Under the pieces are notes generated by a model. That model was not told the DNA's origin. It worked only from the letters and a program-made list of their open reading frames with translations, and searched no databases. A program made the position numbers and the translations under genes. DNA of 64,000 nucleotides, taken from IMG/VR virus record IMGVR_UViG_3300031857_022279; one strand, given 5' to 3'. The DNA comes from a virus. Below are positions 17,545 to 28,137 of the stretch, in pieces; the stretch's first letter is position 1; the number at the start of each line of letters is the position of its first letter.

Positions 17545-18000
17545 TTATACTTTTAACTTTTCATAGAACTCATCAGATGATTCTAGAGAGTATATATCTT
17601 TTTTTAAGTTATAAATTATATTGTATAGAAAATTGTCTTTCATTTTAAAAGTAGATCCGTCTTTTAGATTTATAATTGAAACTTCATCTTCATCTAGGTT
17701 TTCTATTTTAACTATTTGCAGTCCTAATTTTCCATCTCTGTCTTTGAGATCACATATAATTTTCTTTTTGGAGTCTATGAGAGAGTTGATTTTTTCTACT
17801 GTCGTTAATCTAGACAGCATTGCAAAGCTTTTTAAATCATCGTCATTAATATCTTTATAAGTTTCAAGAAAACTCTTCTCTTTGCCATTTAGCCGCACTC
17901 TTTTAGTTATCTTATCTAGAATAAGATTTAACTCCATTTCTTTTAAACTTTCTGGAATTCTAAAATTTTGTAAAATTTTCTTGAATTTCATATCAGGCAT
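17545..18000 (-). CDS. Hypothetical protein with a DUF6576-like module
   Basis: ELNLILDKITKRVRLNGKEKSFL. Confidence 0.6.
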   Translation of the reverse strand: MPDMKFKKILQNFRIPESLKEMELNLILDKITKRVRLNGKEKSFLETYKDINDDDLKSFAMLSRLTTVEKINSLIDSKKKIICDLKDRDGKLGLQIVKIENLDEDEVSIINLKDGSTFKMKDNFLYNIIYNLKKDIYSLESSDEFYEKLKV

Positions 18001-18079
18001 AGTTTTCAGTGGTTTTCATACTTATATATTAAGAAATAAACATATTATTTATATATACTCTGTAAATTAAAGTTATTTA

Positions 18080-21000
18080 ATGGATAGAGAGTTAATTGAA
18101 GGTTTAAGTAATTTATCTGCTTCTCTTGATAGAATTTATGAGGCATTAACCAGATCTGGTGATCCTAAATCTGCTACAGCTGCTGCCTTAAAAATGGGAA
18201 ATTTTGAGGAACAGATCAAGCAAATTACTATGAGTATAGTTCAGATAAAAGAAGATACTCAGAAAATCTTAAATCAGCAAGATACTATTCTTAAAATGTT
18301 GAGAGAAGGTAAAGATACACCTAATGAAACCAAAATTAAAAAAATCCCTTCTGAACCAACAACTCCTAAAATCGGAAGACAGAAATTAGAAGAGAATCAA
18401 GAAAATGTAAGAGATACTAAGAGTAAAGACACTACAGACACTTCATTTTCTAAGTTAAAAAAGTTTTTTACGGAGTTAACAACTACTAAAATTGCGAAAG
18501 AAAGACAAGAGAACACTAAAGACTCTTCGATTTCTAAATCGGAAAATATTCAATCCGAATTAACAACTACTAAAATTGCAAAGGAAAGACAAGAGGACAA
18601 CAAAGATTCTTCAATCTCTAAATCAGAAAAGATTCAATCCGAATTAACAACTACCAAAATTGCAAAAGAAAGACAAGAGGATACAAAGGTTCTAAAACTA
18701 GAAAAACAAAGTTCGTCCGAAGGTTTTTTAACTAGATTACATACTATATTAAAAAGAGAAAAAGAAGAATCAATAGAAGAAAGGAAGAGTAAGGCAGTGA
18801 CATCTGATCTAACCACTATGAAGATGTCTAAAGATATAGAAAAAGATAAAAGAACAGAATTCAAAGAAACTCCTGTTAAAACTAAAGGAGAGGTTAGTTT
18901 TTGGAATCGACTTTTTCCTAATAAATCAATTAATGAGAAGGTTAAAATTCTTTCTGACTATTTTACTAAAGGTATTATATCGAAAGATGATAAAAAGGTA
19001 AAGAAAACAGACACTGAACTTACGACAGTCAAGATACAAATTGAGAAACAATACGGTGGTAGGACGACCAAAGAAGATAAAACTGTTAAGGCATTTAGTA
19101 AAGAACCAACAACTGTGAAGGTTTCTAGGGATAGAAAAGAAGATAGTAAAGATTCAAAAGACTCAAAAATAAAAAAAGTCTCAGAAGAACCGACTACAAC
19201 AAAAGTAGCAAAAGAGAAAAGAGATGAAAGAAGAGAATCCAAAGAAGAGAAATCAAAAGGTGGCATGTTTGGAAGCATGGACACTAAGAAAATCAAAGAT
19301 GGAGTTTCTGCAATTTTACTTATCGCAGTTGGAATTGTAGCAATTGGTCTTGCTCTTAAACTAGTTGGTAAAGTAGATTTTGTGTCAGTAATGGCAATAG
19401 CACTTGCACTTCCATTAATCGCTATAGCATTTGCTAAAATAGCTTCAGTTTTCTCAGGTAAAGAGGTAACTGATGAGAGAGGTAGAAAGTCTAGAAGCGC
19501 AGCAATCGATATTAAACAACTACCCGCTATCATTTTAGGGTTAGTTGGGTTTTCTGCAGCTATCACCGCATCGTCATATATCTTGAGTAAAGTAAAACCA
19601 ATTGGATTAGCACAAGCCGTGACCGCAATTTTGATAGGTGGAGTTTTTTCCGCACTTTCATTTGGTCTACATAGACTTGTTGGAGCTTTTGGTAAGATGA
19701 GTTTATTAGGAGGTGTAAAAGCCGTTTTATTTATGCCAGTAGTTCTGGTTGCGGTATCAACTGCAATTGCACTATCTTCTTATGTACTTAGCGCTGTCAA
19801 ACCAATTGGTATTTTTCAGGCAGTCACTGCTATTTTGATTGCTGGTGTATTTTCAGTTCTAGGATATGGAATTGGAAAATTAATAAGAGCATTTAGAGGT
19901 ATAGATCCAGTAACTGCATTTATGGCCGCTAAAATGATGCCTATTGTATTACTTGCAGTAACTGCGACTATTGCTGCCGCCTCTTACCTACTTTCAGCGG
20001 TGAAACCAATAGGATTCTTTCAAGCACTGACCGCAATATTAATTGCTGGTGTATTCACAGTATTATCTTTTGGTATAGGTAAAATAATAGGTTCTTTTAG
20101 AAGAATAGATCCAGCGACAGCTCTTGCTGCTACGGCCATGATGCCTTTGATATTTATAGCTCTTTCATTCTCAATCATGATGTCTTCATATTTCTTAGGG
20201 AATGTTAAAGTAATTGGGCTATTTCAAGCACTTACTGCTATTGCAATATCTATAGTTTTTGTAGCACTTTCTTTTGGTCTTGCTAAGATTTTACCGGCAT
20301 TTAGACGGTTATCACCAGCTGACATAACAAAAGCAGCAATAGGAATGCCTATTATATTCACCGCACTTTCACTAGCAATAATGGTTTCTTCATACTTTAT
20401 TTCGGGTGTTAAGCCAATAGGATTTGCTCAGTTTTTAACAGCACTTGGAATTTCTATTTTATTTGTAGGGTTTGCATTTGCAACTAAATTTATAGTCAAA
20501 GGTCTTAAAGGAGTAACCACTGCTCAAGTAGTTAACGCCATGAAAATGCTACTAATAGTCGCAACTACAGTAGCGATTGCTAGTTTCATAGTTTCTGTTG
20601 CTCCTTCTGTACCATTTATGAAGACGTTACAATTCGGTCTTCTAGGAATAGGACTTGGAGCTACAACAGTTGTGATGGCCATTGCAATCAAGACAATTAA
20701 AAAAATTGGATTAGGATTAAAAGATATTTTGACTGGTGGTCTGATGATTTTAGCAATAGCAACAACTATCGCACTTTCTTCTGTGATTCTTAATATGGGT
20801 ACTTATGAAAAGTATCCAAGTTGGAAATGGGCACTTGGAGTAGGAGCATCTCTTGTTGGATTTGGACTAGCGGCTGTAGTTTTGGGTTCTATTGCATCTT
20901 CTGGAATTGGAGCTCTTGCAATTCTTGCAGGACTCGCTTCAATTCTTGCAATAGCTGGTACTATTGTATTGACAGATAAAATAATTTCAGCAGGTACTTA

Positions 21001-24000
21001 TCAAAAGTATCCAGGTGCAAAATGGATTCTTGGAGTCGGAGCTACTATGGTAGGATTCGGTCTCGCTGCAGTTACATTAGGCGGTATAATAGTCGGCACA
21101 CTTGGATTAGGAGGTCTCGCTATTGCTGCTGGACTAGTCGCAGTTATCGGTATTGCTGAAACGATTGTTAAAGTAGATAAGATTATTGCCAAGGGTAATT
21201 ATACGAAATCTCCTGGTGTGAGATGGATTCTCGGAGTTGGATCCTCGATGGTTGGATTCGGACTTGCCGCGGTAACACTAGGTGGAATAATAGTCGGTAC
21301 TTTAGGTTTAGGAGGATTGGCCATCAAAGCTGGACTTTCTGCAGTTGAATCAATTGCAAAAACTATAGTGAAGACTGACAAAATATTAAGTGCTGGTCAA
21401 TATACAAAGTACCCAGGTGCTGCTTGGGCTTTAACAGTTGGTTCAATTATTACAGCGTTTTCTACAGCAGTATTATTATTGGGTGCTGTTAGTTCAGGAG
21501 GAGGTCTCTTGCAAAAGTTGAGTCTTGGATTAGTAAAAAACCCATTAGAGTCAGGAATACAAGCAATAAAGAAAATAGCTCAAGCTATAGTAGATGTAGA
21601 TAAAAAGTTAGCTGAAGGTAGTTATACTAAAGGTCCGAATCCTACTTGGGCAAAAGGCATTTCCGCATCACTCTCTGCATTTTCACCAATTTACAGAATG
21701 TTATTAGCTGAAAAACTTATGAGTTTCATAGGTGGTGTCTCCGCTAAAGACTTTGCGCAAGCTATAAAAGTAATTTCTGGTGGAATAGTAGATTCCGCAA
21801 AACTCTTTGAAAGCGCAAAAGTTGCCTTTAAAAATGGACCACCAGTTACTTGGTCAAAAGGTGTAAGTGCTTCACTCGGTGCGTTCTCATCAATATACTC
21901 ACTACTCGTAAAAGATAAAATTATGAGTATTTTTGGATCAGGAATCTCACCGAAAGATTTTTCTCAAGCTATTAAGACAATTTCTGGTGGAATAGTAGAT
22001 GCCGCAAAATTATTTGGAAATGCTGCTGTAGCGTTTAAGAACGGGCCACCAGTTGAGTGGGCTAAGGGTATCAGTAAAGCACTTGGTGCTTTTTCATCTA
22101 TCTATTCACTTCTAGTTAAGGATAGAATAATGAGTATATTTGGTTCTGGTGTATCACCTAAAGACTTCTCGCAAGCGATTAAGACAATTTCTGGTGGTAT
22201 AGTAGATTCTGCAAAGTTATTTGACAAGGCGTCTGTTGCATTCAAGAATGGTCCACCAGTTGAATGGGCAAATGGAGTTAGTAAATCTTTAGGAGCATTC
22301 TCATCTATATACAAATTACTAGCAAGTAATTCTGGTTGGTGGAAAAGTGGTGTCGATCCAAAAATGTATGCACAAGCTATAGTTACAATTACGAATGGAA
22401 TTGTGACTGCGGCAAAGGCTTTCGGGTCGGCGTCAGTAGCATTTAAAAATGGTCCACCTGTTGAGTGGGCTGATGGGGTTGGTAAGTCACTCTCAGCGTT
22501 TCAGCCTATTTATGAACTATTATTAAAAAATTCTGGTTGGTGGAAGAGTGGTATAGATCCTAAAATGTATTCTCAAGCAATTGTGACTATAACTAGTGGT
22601 ATAGTCACTGCTGCAAAGGCATTTGGTTCCGCATCGGTGGCGTTTAAAAATGGTCCACCGGTTGAATGGGCCGATGGAGTTGGTAAGTCACTAGCTGCCT
22701 TTCAACCTATATATGAGTTATTACTTAAAAATACTGGATGGTGGAAAAGTAATATAGATCCAAAGAAATATGCACAAGCTATAGTCACTATAACTGGTGG
22801 TATAATCACCGCGGCTAAATCATTTAGTCAGGCTTCTGTTGCATTTAAAAATGGACCACCAGTCCAGTGGGCCGAAGGTGTTGGTAAGGCTCTTTCAGCA
22901 TTTCAACCGGTATATGAATTACTGGTTAGAAATTCAAGTTGGTGGAAAAGTTCAATAGATCCTAAGAAATACGCTGAAGCGATAGTAACGATTACTGGTG
23001 GAATTGTAACTGCTGGTAAAGCATTCGGAGCAGCGGCTGTTGCATTTAAAAATGGTCCACCAGTTCAGTGGGCTGAAGGTGTCGGTAAAGCACTTTCAGC
23101 GTTTCAACCAGTCTATGAGATGTTGGTAAGAAATGCTAGTTGGTGGAAAAGTTCAATAGATCCTAAGAAATATTCAGAGGCTATACGAACGATTAGTAGA
23201 GGAATTACTGATGCCGCAATAGTGCTGTCTACCGCATCTGTTGCATATAAATTTTATCCAACAGAACAGTGGGCTTCTGGTGTAAGTAGAGCACTTACTG
23301 CATTTCAACCAATTTATAAGATTTTACAGAAAGATTCTGGATGGCTCAGAAGTGGTATTTCTCCAAAGATGTATGCCGATGCTATAAAGACAATTACAAC
23401 TGGTATTCGAGACTCAGCGATGATTTTAGCACAAGCTTCGATTGCCTATAGAATGTTTCCAACAGTACAGTGGGCAAACGGTGTAAGTAGAGCTCTTAGT
23501 GTGTTCCAACCAATTTATAAAATTTTAGAAAAAGATTCTGGATGGTTGAGGTCTAATATATCACCAGAAAAGTACGCTAAAGCAATCAAAACAATAACTA
23601 CTGGTATTCGAGACTCAGCGATGATCTTGGCTTCAGCTTCTATTGCTTATAGAATGTTCCCAACAGTTCAGTGGGCAAACGGTGTGAGTAGAGCTCTTAG
23701 TACTTTTCAACCAATATATAAGATTCTACAAAAAGATTCGGGTTGGTTCAGAAGTAACATATCTCCAGAGAAATATGCAACAGCTATAAAAACTATTACA
23801 ACTGGAATAAGAGACTCGGCTGTGATTTTAGCCTCAGCTTCTCTTGCTTATAGAATGTTCCCAACAACACAGTGGGCAGACGGAGTTAGTAAGGCTTTAA
23901 GTACCTTTCATCCAATATACAAGATATTACAAAAAGATTCAGGTTGGTTTAGAAGTAATATATCACCTGATAAGTATGCCGCGGCTATTCGTACTATTAG

Positions 24001-26959
24001 TCAAGGTATAGTTGATTCTGCTTTAATATTAGCAAAAGCAAAGTCCGCTTATAAGTCTTTCCCAACCACAGAATGGGCAGATGGTGTTAGTAGAGCACTT
24101 TCAGCTTTTCAACCTATTTATACGATACTACAAAAAGATTCAGGATGGTTTAAAAGTGGAGTTTCAGTTGGTAAGTATAGTGAAGCTATAAAAACACTTA
24201 GTATGGGAATCGTAGATTCTGCGAACATACTTAGTAAGGGTTTGTATAAAATTTATCCAACAGTAAACTGGGTTATGGGAATATCAGGAGCTTTTGCAAT
24301 GATACCAGCACTGATTAAGAAAGTAAACAACATTGATTTCAAGGGACTTTCTAAAATTTGGATGATAAGTGATAGTATTTACAAACTCTCGATTGCATTC
24401 AAGGACGCTAAGTTTACAAGTTTTCCGAGTAAAAAATGGACAAGTGCTATTTCATCATCTTTTACTATGATGATTAATCTTCTAAAGAGTATTGATAAAA
24501 GTATATCTATCACTTCACTACTTAGTGGTATTTTGAAGTCTAAATCCTTAGTTAATTACATTCTAGATTTGGATAAGAAATTTAGCCTCGGTAAATTTAA
24601 CAAGTTTCCAAACTCAAATTGGGTTAAAGGGTCTACAAAGTCTATTAGTGAATTTGCGAAGTTACTCAGTGAACTTAATAAGTTGGTCTCTTTAGTAGGA
24701 TTAAAGACTGGTCAATTCAAAATTTCGAGTATTCTGAAGTCTGTTTTGGATGTTGATAATCAGATATCTAGAGGTAAATTTAACAGAGTAATAAGTCAGA
24801 AATGGTCAAGTTCATTGAGAGTTTCAATACTAGAATTTTCAAACTTGTTTAAAAATGTAGATAAATTGATATCAATAATTGACTTAAAACTTGGTCAAAC
24901 TAAAGTTACTAGTATCATTAAATCTATTCTACAAATCGACCTACAAATTTCTAAAGGCAAATTTAATAAATTTATTGATAATAAGTGGATCAAAGGCACA
25001 AAATCTTCAATTATAGAGTTCGGTGGATTATTCAAAACTATAGACAAATTAGTTTCAATAATTTCCTTAAAAATCGGCCAGACAAAGGTTACAAGTATCA
25101 TCAAGTCAATACTTCAAATCGATTCACAAGTTTCAAAGGGTAAATTTAATAAATTTATTGATAATAAGTGGATTAAAGGCACAAAACAGTCTGTTCTAGA
25201 GTTCGGAAAATTGTTTATTGATGTTAATAAGAATTTCTCTGTGACTTCTTTATTACTTGGTTTTAATAAAGTCAAAATGATTTTTGATAATATTATATGG
25301 ATTGATAATAAAATATCTAGAGCTAAATTTGAGAAATCACCACCAACAAAATGGCTTACAAATACTAGAGATTCAATAGTTTATTACGGTAAATTGGCGA
25401 TTGATTCTAATAAAATGTTCGGCACAGTGCCTCTAATAGCAGGTATCAAAAAGATTAAAACACTAGTAGATACAATTTTGTGGGTCGATAAGACTCTATC
25501 AAAGGGTAAATATAATAGAGTTCCAAGTTTAAAATGGCTAAACGAATCTAAAAATGCAATTTTTACATATGGTAAGATAGCAATCGATTCAAATAAGATC
25601 TTCCCTCTGATTTCACTTATAGCTGGTATTAAGAAGGTTAAAATGATATCAGAGGCTATACTATGGGTTGATAAAACACTATCTAAGGGAAGTTACACTA
25701 AAGTGCCAACGCAGAATTGGTTGACACGTTCAAAAAGCACGATTTTTCAATACGGGAATCTAGCTATAGAATCAAATAAAAGGTTTGGAACAATTGGATT
25801 ATTCTTAGGTCTGAAAAAAGTTAGAAATATTGCAGACACTTTAAAATATGTTTCGCTTGTAATTAGCGGTGGTAATTATACTAAGTTTCCAAGCTTAGAA
25901 TGGTCCAAGTCAGTTCCTGCGGCAATATCTGGCTTTATGAATCTACCGTTTAAGGGAATGTTTGGTCAATTTTTTGAAAGTATTTTCGGGGCTTCAGAAG
26001 ATAGTAAGAAATCACAATTAGGAAAAATTGTAGATTTGATGTTATATGTTGATAAGAGATTTCAATCGGGTAACTGGAAAAAGTTCCCAACTGTTGAGTG
26101 GGTTAAAGGTACAATTTTAGCTCTTCAGAAATTTAAAGATATAGTTTCTTTACTTAGTTTTGGTTCACTAAATACTAAGATAATGACTGCATTCGGTGGT
26201 AAGAATCCACTTGTAAGCGCAGTTTCTAACATTGAAAAACTGGCACAGTCTTTTGATAAACTAGGAAATTCTATGAAGAATTTCAGTCAATCAATAAAAA
26301 CTCTAGATACAGAAAAACTCGCAGCGATTAAGAGTCTTTCTTCAAATGTTATTTTAATGTCATTGATGAATCCAGAGCAATTTGACGCGATGTTATCTAA
26401 GTTAGAAGAAAGATCTGGAGTTTTTGCTGACCTTATGAAGGATGTGCAAGACAAGAAAGGTACTTCTGCTAAAACTACTGGTGCCCCTGGTACAGGTCAG
26501 AAAGTTGCAGGTGGTGGCGCAATGACTGATTTCAAGATGGTACCATCATCTACGGGAGCTAGAATGTCTGGTAAATCAGATGATGCTAAAATGCTTGAGA
26601 AACTCGATGCTATGACAAGTCTACTCGCTGATATATCTAGTGTTGTTGGTAGTAAAGGAGCTTTGAAAACATACCTTGGAAGTCTTAAAGAAGATGTTGA
26701 TATAGGTGATGGTGGGTTCTCACTTTTTAGTAGATCTGATAAAAGAACCAAAAACATATTGAAAAAAGTTGGTGTATCACCAGATGGTATAAATATCTAC
26801 TTATTCTCATATAAGTTTGATCCTACAGTAGTTTACCAAGGTGTAATTGCACAAGAGTTGCTTGGCACGAGATTTGAAAACTCAGTTGTACTTGATAAGT
26901 CTGGGTATTACGCAGTTGACTACTCAAAACTAGATGTTCAGTTTAAAAGAACAAATTGA
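18080..26959 (+). CDS. Tape-measure-like protein with a C-terminal peptidase S74-type intramolecular chaperone domain
   Basis: 2959 aa; Ala/Gly/Ile-rich amphipathic repeats; C-terminal SDKRTK...IYLFSYK...YQGVIAQEL...YYAVDYSKL. Confidence 0.7.
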   Translation: MDRELIEGLSNLSASLDRIYEALTRSGDPKSATAAALKMGNFEEQIKQITMSIVQIKEDTQKILNQQDTILKMLREGKDTPNETKIKKIPSEPTTPKIGRQKLEENQENVRDTKSKDTTDTSFSKLKKFFTELTTTKIAKERQENTKDSSISKSENIQSELTTTKIAKERQEDNKDSSISKSEKIQSELTTTKIAKERQEDTKVLKLEKQSSSEGFLTRLHTILKREKEESIEERKSKAVTSDLTTMKMSKDIEKDKRTEFKETPVKTKGEVSFWNRLFPNKSINEKVKILSDYFTKGIISKDDKKVKKTDTELTTVKIQIEKQYGGRTTKEDKTVKAFSKEPTTVKVSRDRKEDSKDSKDSKIKKVSEEPTTTKVAKEKRDERRESKEEKSKGGMFGSMDTKKIKDGVSAILLIAVGIVAIGLALKLVGKVDFVSVMAIALALPLIAIAFAKIASVFSGKEVTDERGRKSRSAAIDIKQLPAIILGLVGFSAAITASSYILSKVKPIGLAQAVTAILIGGVFSALSFGLHRLVGAFGKMSLLGGVKAVLFMPVVLVAVSTAIALSSYVLSAVKPIGIFQAVTAILIAGVFSVLGYGIGKLIRAFRGIDPVTAFMAAKMMPIVLLAVTATIAAASYLLSAVKPIGFFQALTAILIAGVFTVLSFGIGKIIGSFRRIDPATALAATAMMPLIFIALSFSIMMSSYFLGNVKVIGLFQALTAIAISIVFVALSFGLAKILPAFRRLSPADITKAAIGMPIIFTALSLAIMVSSYFISGVKPIGFAQFLTALGISILFVGFAFATKFIVKGLKGVTTAQVVNAMKMLLIVATTVAIASFIVSVAPSVPFMKTLQFGLLGIGLGATTVVMAIAIKTIKKIGLGLKDILTGGLMILAIATTIALSSVILNMGTYEKYPSWKWALGVGASLVGFGLAAVVLGSIASSGIGALAILAGLASILAIAGTIVLTDKIISAGTYQKYPGAKWILGVGATMVGFGLAAVTLGGIIVGTLGLGGLAIAAGLVAVIGIAETIVKVDKIIAKGNYTKSPGVRWILGVGSSMVGFGLAAVTLGGIIVGTLGLGGLAIKAGLSAVESIAKTIVKTDKILSAGQYTKYPGAAWALTVGSIITAFSTAVLLLGAVSSGGGLLQKLSLGLVKNPLESGIQAIKKIAQAIVDVDKKLAEGSYTKGPNPTWAKGISASLSAFSPIYRMLLAEKLMSFIGGVSAKDFAQAIKVISGGIVDSAKLFESAKVAFKNGPPVTWSKGVSASLGAFSSIYSLLVKDKIMSIFGSGISPKDFSQAIKTISGGIVDAAKLFGNAAVAFKNGPPVEWAKGISKALGAFSSIYSLLVKDRIMSIFGSGVSPKDFSQAIKTISGGIVDSAKLFDKASVAFKNGPPVEWANGVSKSLGAFSSIYKLLASNSGWWKSGVDPKMYAQAIVTITNGIVTAAKAFGSASVAFKNGPPVEWADGVGKSLSAFQPIYELLLKNSGWWKSGIDPKMYSQAIVTITSGIVTAAKAFGSASVAFKNGPPVEWADGVGKSLAAFQPIYELLLKNTGWWKSNIDPKKYAQAIVTITGGIITAAKSFSQASVAFKNGPPVQWAEGVGKALSAFQPVYELLVRNSSWWKSSIDPKKYAEAIVTITGGIVTAGKAFGAAAVAFKNGPPVQWAEGVGKALSAFQPVYEMLVRNASWWKSSIDPKKYSEAIRTISRGITDAAIVLSTASVAYKFYPTEQWASGVSRALTAFQPIYKILQKDSGWLRSGISPKMYADAIKTITTGIRDSAMILAQASIAYRMFPTVQWANGVSRALSVFQPIYKILEKDSGWLRSNISPEKYAKAIKTITTGIRDSAMILASASIAYRMFPTVQWANGVSRALSTFQPIYKILQKDSGWFRSNISPEKYATAIKTITTGIRDSAVILASASLAYRMFPTTQWADGVSKALSTFHPIYKILQKDSGWFRSNISPDKYAAAIRTISQGIVDSALILAKAKSAYKSFPTTEWADGVSRALSAFQPIYTILQKDSGWFKSGVSVGKYSEAIKTLSMGIVDSANILSKGLYKIYPTVNWVMGISGAFAMIPALIKKVNNIDFKGLSKIWMISDSIYKLSIAFKDAKFTSFPSKKWTSAISSSFTMMINLLKSIDKSISITSLLSGILKSKSLVNYILDLDKKFSLGKFNKFPNSNWVKGSTKSISEFAKLLSELNKLVSLVGLKTGQFKISSILKSVLDVDNQISRGKFNRVISQKWSSSLRVSILEFSNLFKNVDKLISIIDLKLGQTKVTSIIKSILQIDLQISKGKFNKFIDNKWIKGTKSSIIEFGGLFKTIDKLVSIISLKIGQTKVTSIIKSILQIDSQVSKGKFNKFIDNKWIKGTKQSVLEFGKLFIDVNKNFSVTSLLLGFNKVKMIFDNIIWIDNKISRAKFEKSPPTKWLTNTRDSIVYYGKLAIDSNKMFGTVPLIAGIKKIKTLVDTILWVDKTLSKGKYNRVPSLKWLNESKNAIFTYGKIAIDSNKIFPLISLIAGIKKVKMISEAILWVDKTLSKGSYTKVPTQNWLTRSKSTIFQYGNLAIESNKRFGTIGLFLGLKKVRNIADTLKYVSLVISGGNYTKFPSLEWSKSVPAAISGFMNLPFKGMFGQFFESIFGASEDSKKSQLGKIVDLMLYVDKRFQSGNWKKFPTVEWVKGTILALQKFKDIVSLLSFGSLNTKIMTAFGGKNPLVSAVSNIEKLAQSFDKLGNSMKNFSQSIKTLDTEKLAAIKSLSSNVILMSLMNPEQFDAMLSKLEERSGVFADLMKDVQDKKGTSAKTTGAPGTGQKVAGGGAMTDFKMVPSSTGARMSGKSDDAKMLEKLDAMTSLLADISSVVGSKGALKTYLGSLKEDVDIGDGGFSLFSRSDKRTKNILKKVGVSPDGINIYLFSYKFDPTVVYQGVIAQELLGTRFENSVVLDKSGYYAVDYSKLDVQFKRTN
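18473..18682 (+). repeat. Three in-frame 84-bp (28-aa) tandem repeats ELTTTKIAKERQE...
   Basis: Units start at 18473, 18557 and 18641. Confidence 0.9.
19595..20450 (+). repeat. Five 204-bp (68-aa) hydrophobic repeats anchored by KPIG..QA.TAI
   Basis: Anchors at 19595, 19799, 20003, 20207 and 20411. Confidence 0.8.
20800..26105 (+). repeat. Array of about 29 repeats of 61-69 aa anchored by a P..W motif (core AFKNGPPVEW, 201-bp period)
   Basis: Exact 201-bp spacing at 22439, 22640, 22841 and 23042; diverged copies on both sides. Confidence 0.85.
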
Positions 26960-27408
26960 TTAAATTTAATATAATTGCCATGAATATCTTTCAAAAAATT
27001 AAATTGTTTCGAGAGTATAAAAAAGTCATAAGAAATAATGAAGTCACTCTAGAACAAGACTACAATATTAGAATAGACAGAGCATCAAGACTTTATACCG
27101 TTCTTAATATTCCTCAAGAATTATATGGAGAGCCATATAATCTTAGAACTTCAGACATTGATACAATTTCACAAACATATATTAAAGAATATGTGTCAAG
27201 AGTATCTTCTTATCTTAATTCTGTAGGTTTAAACGAGTTGTATGACTTTTATGAAAATGTAAAAAAGGTTGATAAATACTCATACCTTATAGTTCTTGGA
27301 TTTAAACCACTAAACTCGGTTAAATATTATAATGTGGTCTATTTTAGACTGTTACCAATTTTAATTACATCTTCGATTATTACCTTATTATATTTCATTT
27401 TCCGATAA
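26956..27408 (+). CDS. Hypothetical protein with a C-terminal transmembrane segment
   Basis: ORF track; hydrophobic C-terminus. Confidence 0.65.
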   Translation: MIKFNIIAMNIFQKIKLFREYKKVIRNNEVTLEQDYNIRIDRASRLYTVLNIPQELYGEPYNLRTSDIDTISQTYIKEYVSRVSSYLNSVGLNELYDFYENVKKVDKYSYLIVLGFKPLNSVKYYNVVYFRLLPILITSSIITLLYFIFR

Positions 27409-27452
27409 ACAAAGATCATAATATTTATTATAAATAAAAAAAATATTTATTT

Positions 27453-27878
27453 ATGGGTAAATTTTACGATGTATCACAAGATACTCAAGATACATTTTAC
27501 GAAGTTTTCAATAAAAAAACCTTCCCACTCGCTGTTAAGTTTCAGTTCTTAGGTTCTGAATCACAGAAAAATCTAATTAAAATATCTAAACTTCCTGACC
27601 AATATGGATTTCTTTTAGAAAAAGAACTTCTAGTATTAATCAATGAAGATTTGATGTCTGTATTTGATGATGAGTCAATTACAATCCTTATTGAACAGGA
27701 AATCGATAAGATTTCTATAGATACACAGTCTGGTAAAATTAAAATGATTAAGCCAGATTTAACAACATTTTCATCACTTATCTCAAAGTATGGGGTTGAT
27801 AAAGTAGCAAAGGCAAATCAAGTCGAAGATCTATATCACCAACAATTAAAAGATGGAAAAGAAGAATTTATTGCATAA
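27453..27878 (+). CDS. Hypothetical protein
   Basis: ORF track. Confidence 0.7.
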   Translation: MGKFYDVSQDTQDTFYEVFNKKTFPLAVKFQFLGSESQKNLIKISKLPDQYGFLLEKELLVLINEDLMSVFDDESITILIEQEIDKISIDTQSGKIKMIKPDLTTFSSLISKYGVDKVAKANQVEDLYHQQLKDGKEEFIA

Positions 27879-27881
27879 AAC

Positions 27882-28118
27882 ATGGAAAATCTACAAACAG
27901 TATACTACACAGCTCTTAAAAAGAGATACGAGTCTCAAATAGCGGAAGCAGAGGCTAATCTTACTCTTTACTTTAGTTCTAAAAATCTAGCTGCTATCGG
28001 TGAGCACTCTGACCTACTTACAGAACATGATAGGTGGATAGAACAATTGGCAAATGCTAAAGACAAGTTGGAGACACTAGAGAATTTTATCTCTACTGGT
28101 CTAACTATAAATGGATAA
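27882..28118 (+). CDS. Small conserved T4-like phage coiled-coil protein
   Basis: ALKKRYESQIAEAEANL...AIGEHSDL pattern. Confidence 0.6.
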   Translation: MENLQTVYYTALKKRYESQIAEAEANLTLYFSSKNLAAIGEHSDLLTEHDRWIEQLANAKDKLETLENFISTGLTING

Positions 28119-28137
28119 AAAAATAAAATAAGAAAAT

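Noticed and set aside
21800-24100. Regular 201-bp repeats as a CRISPR array or mobile repeat
   Set aside because: They are in-frame protein repeats with synonymous divergence and no repeat-spacer structure.
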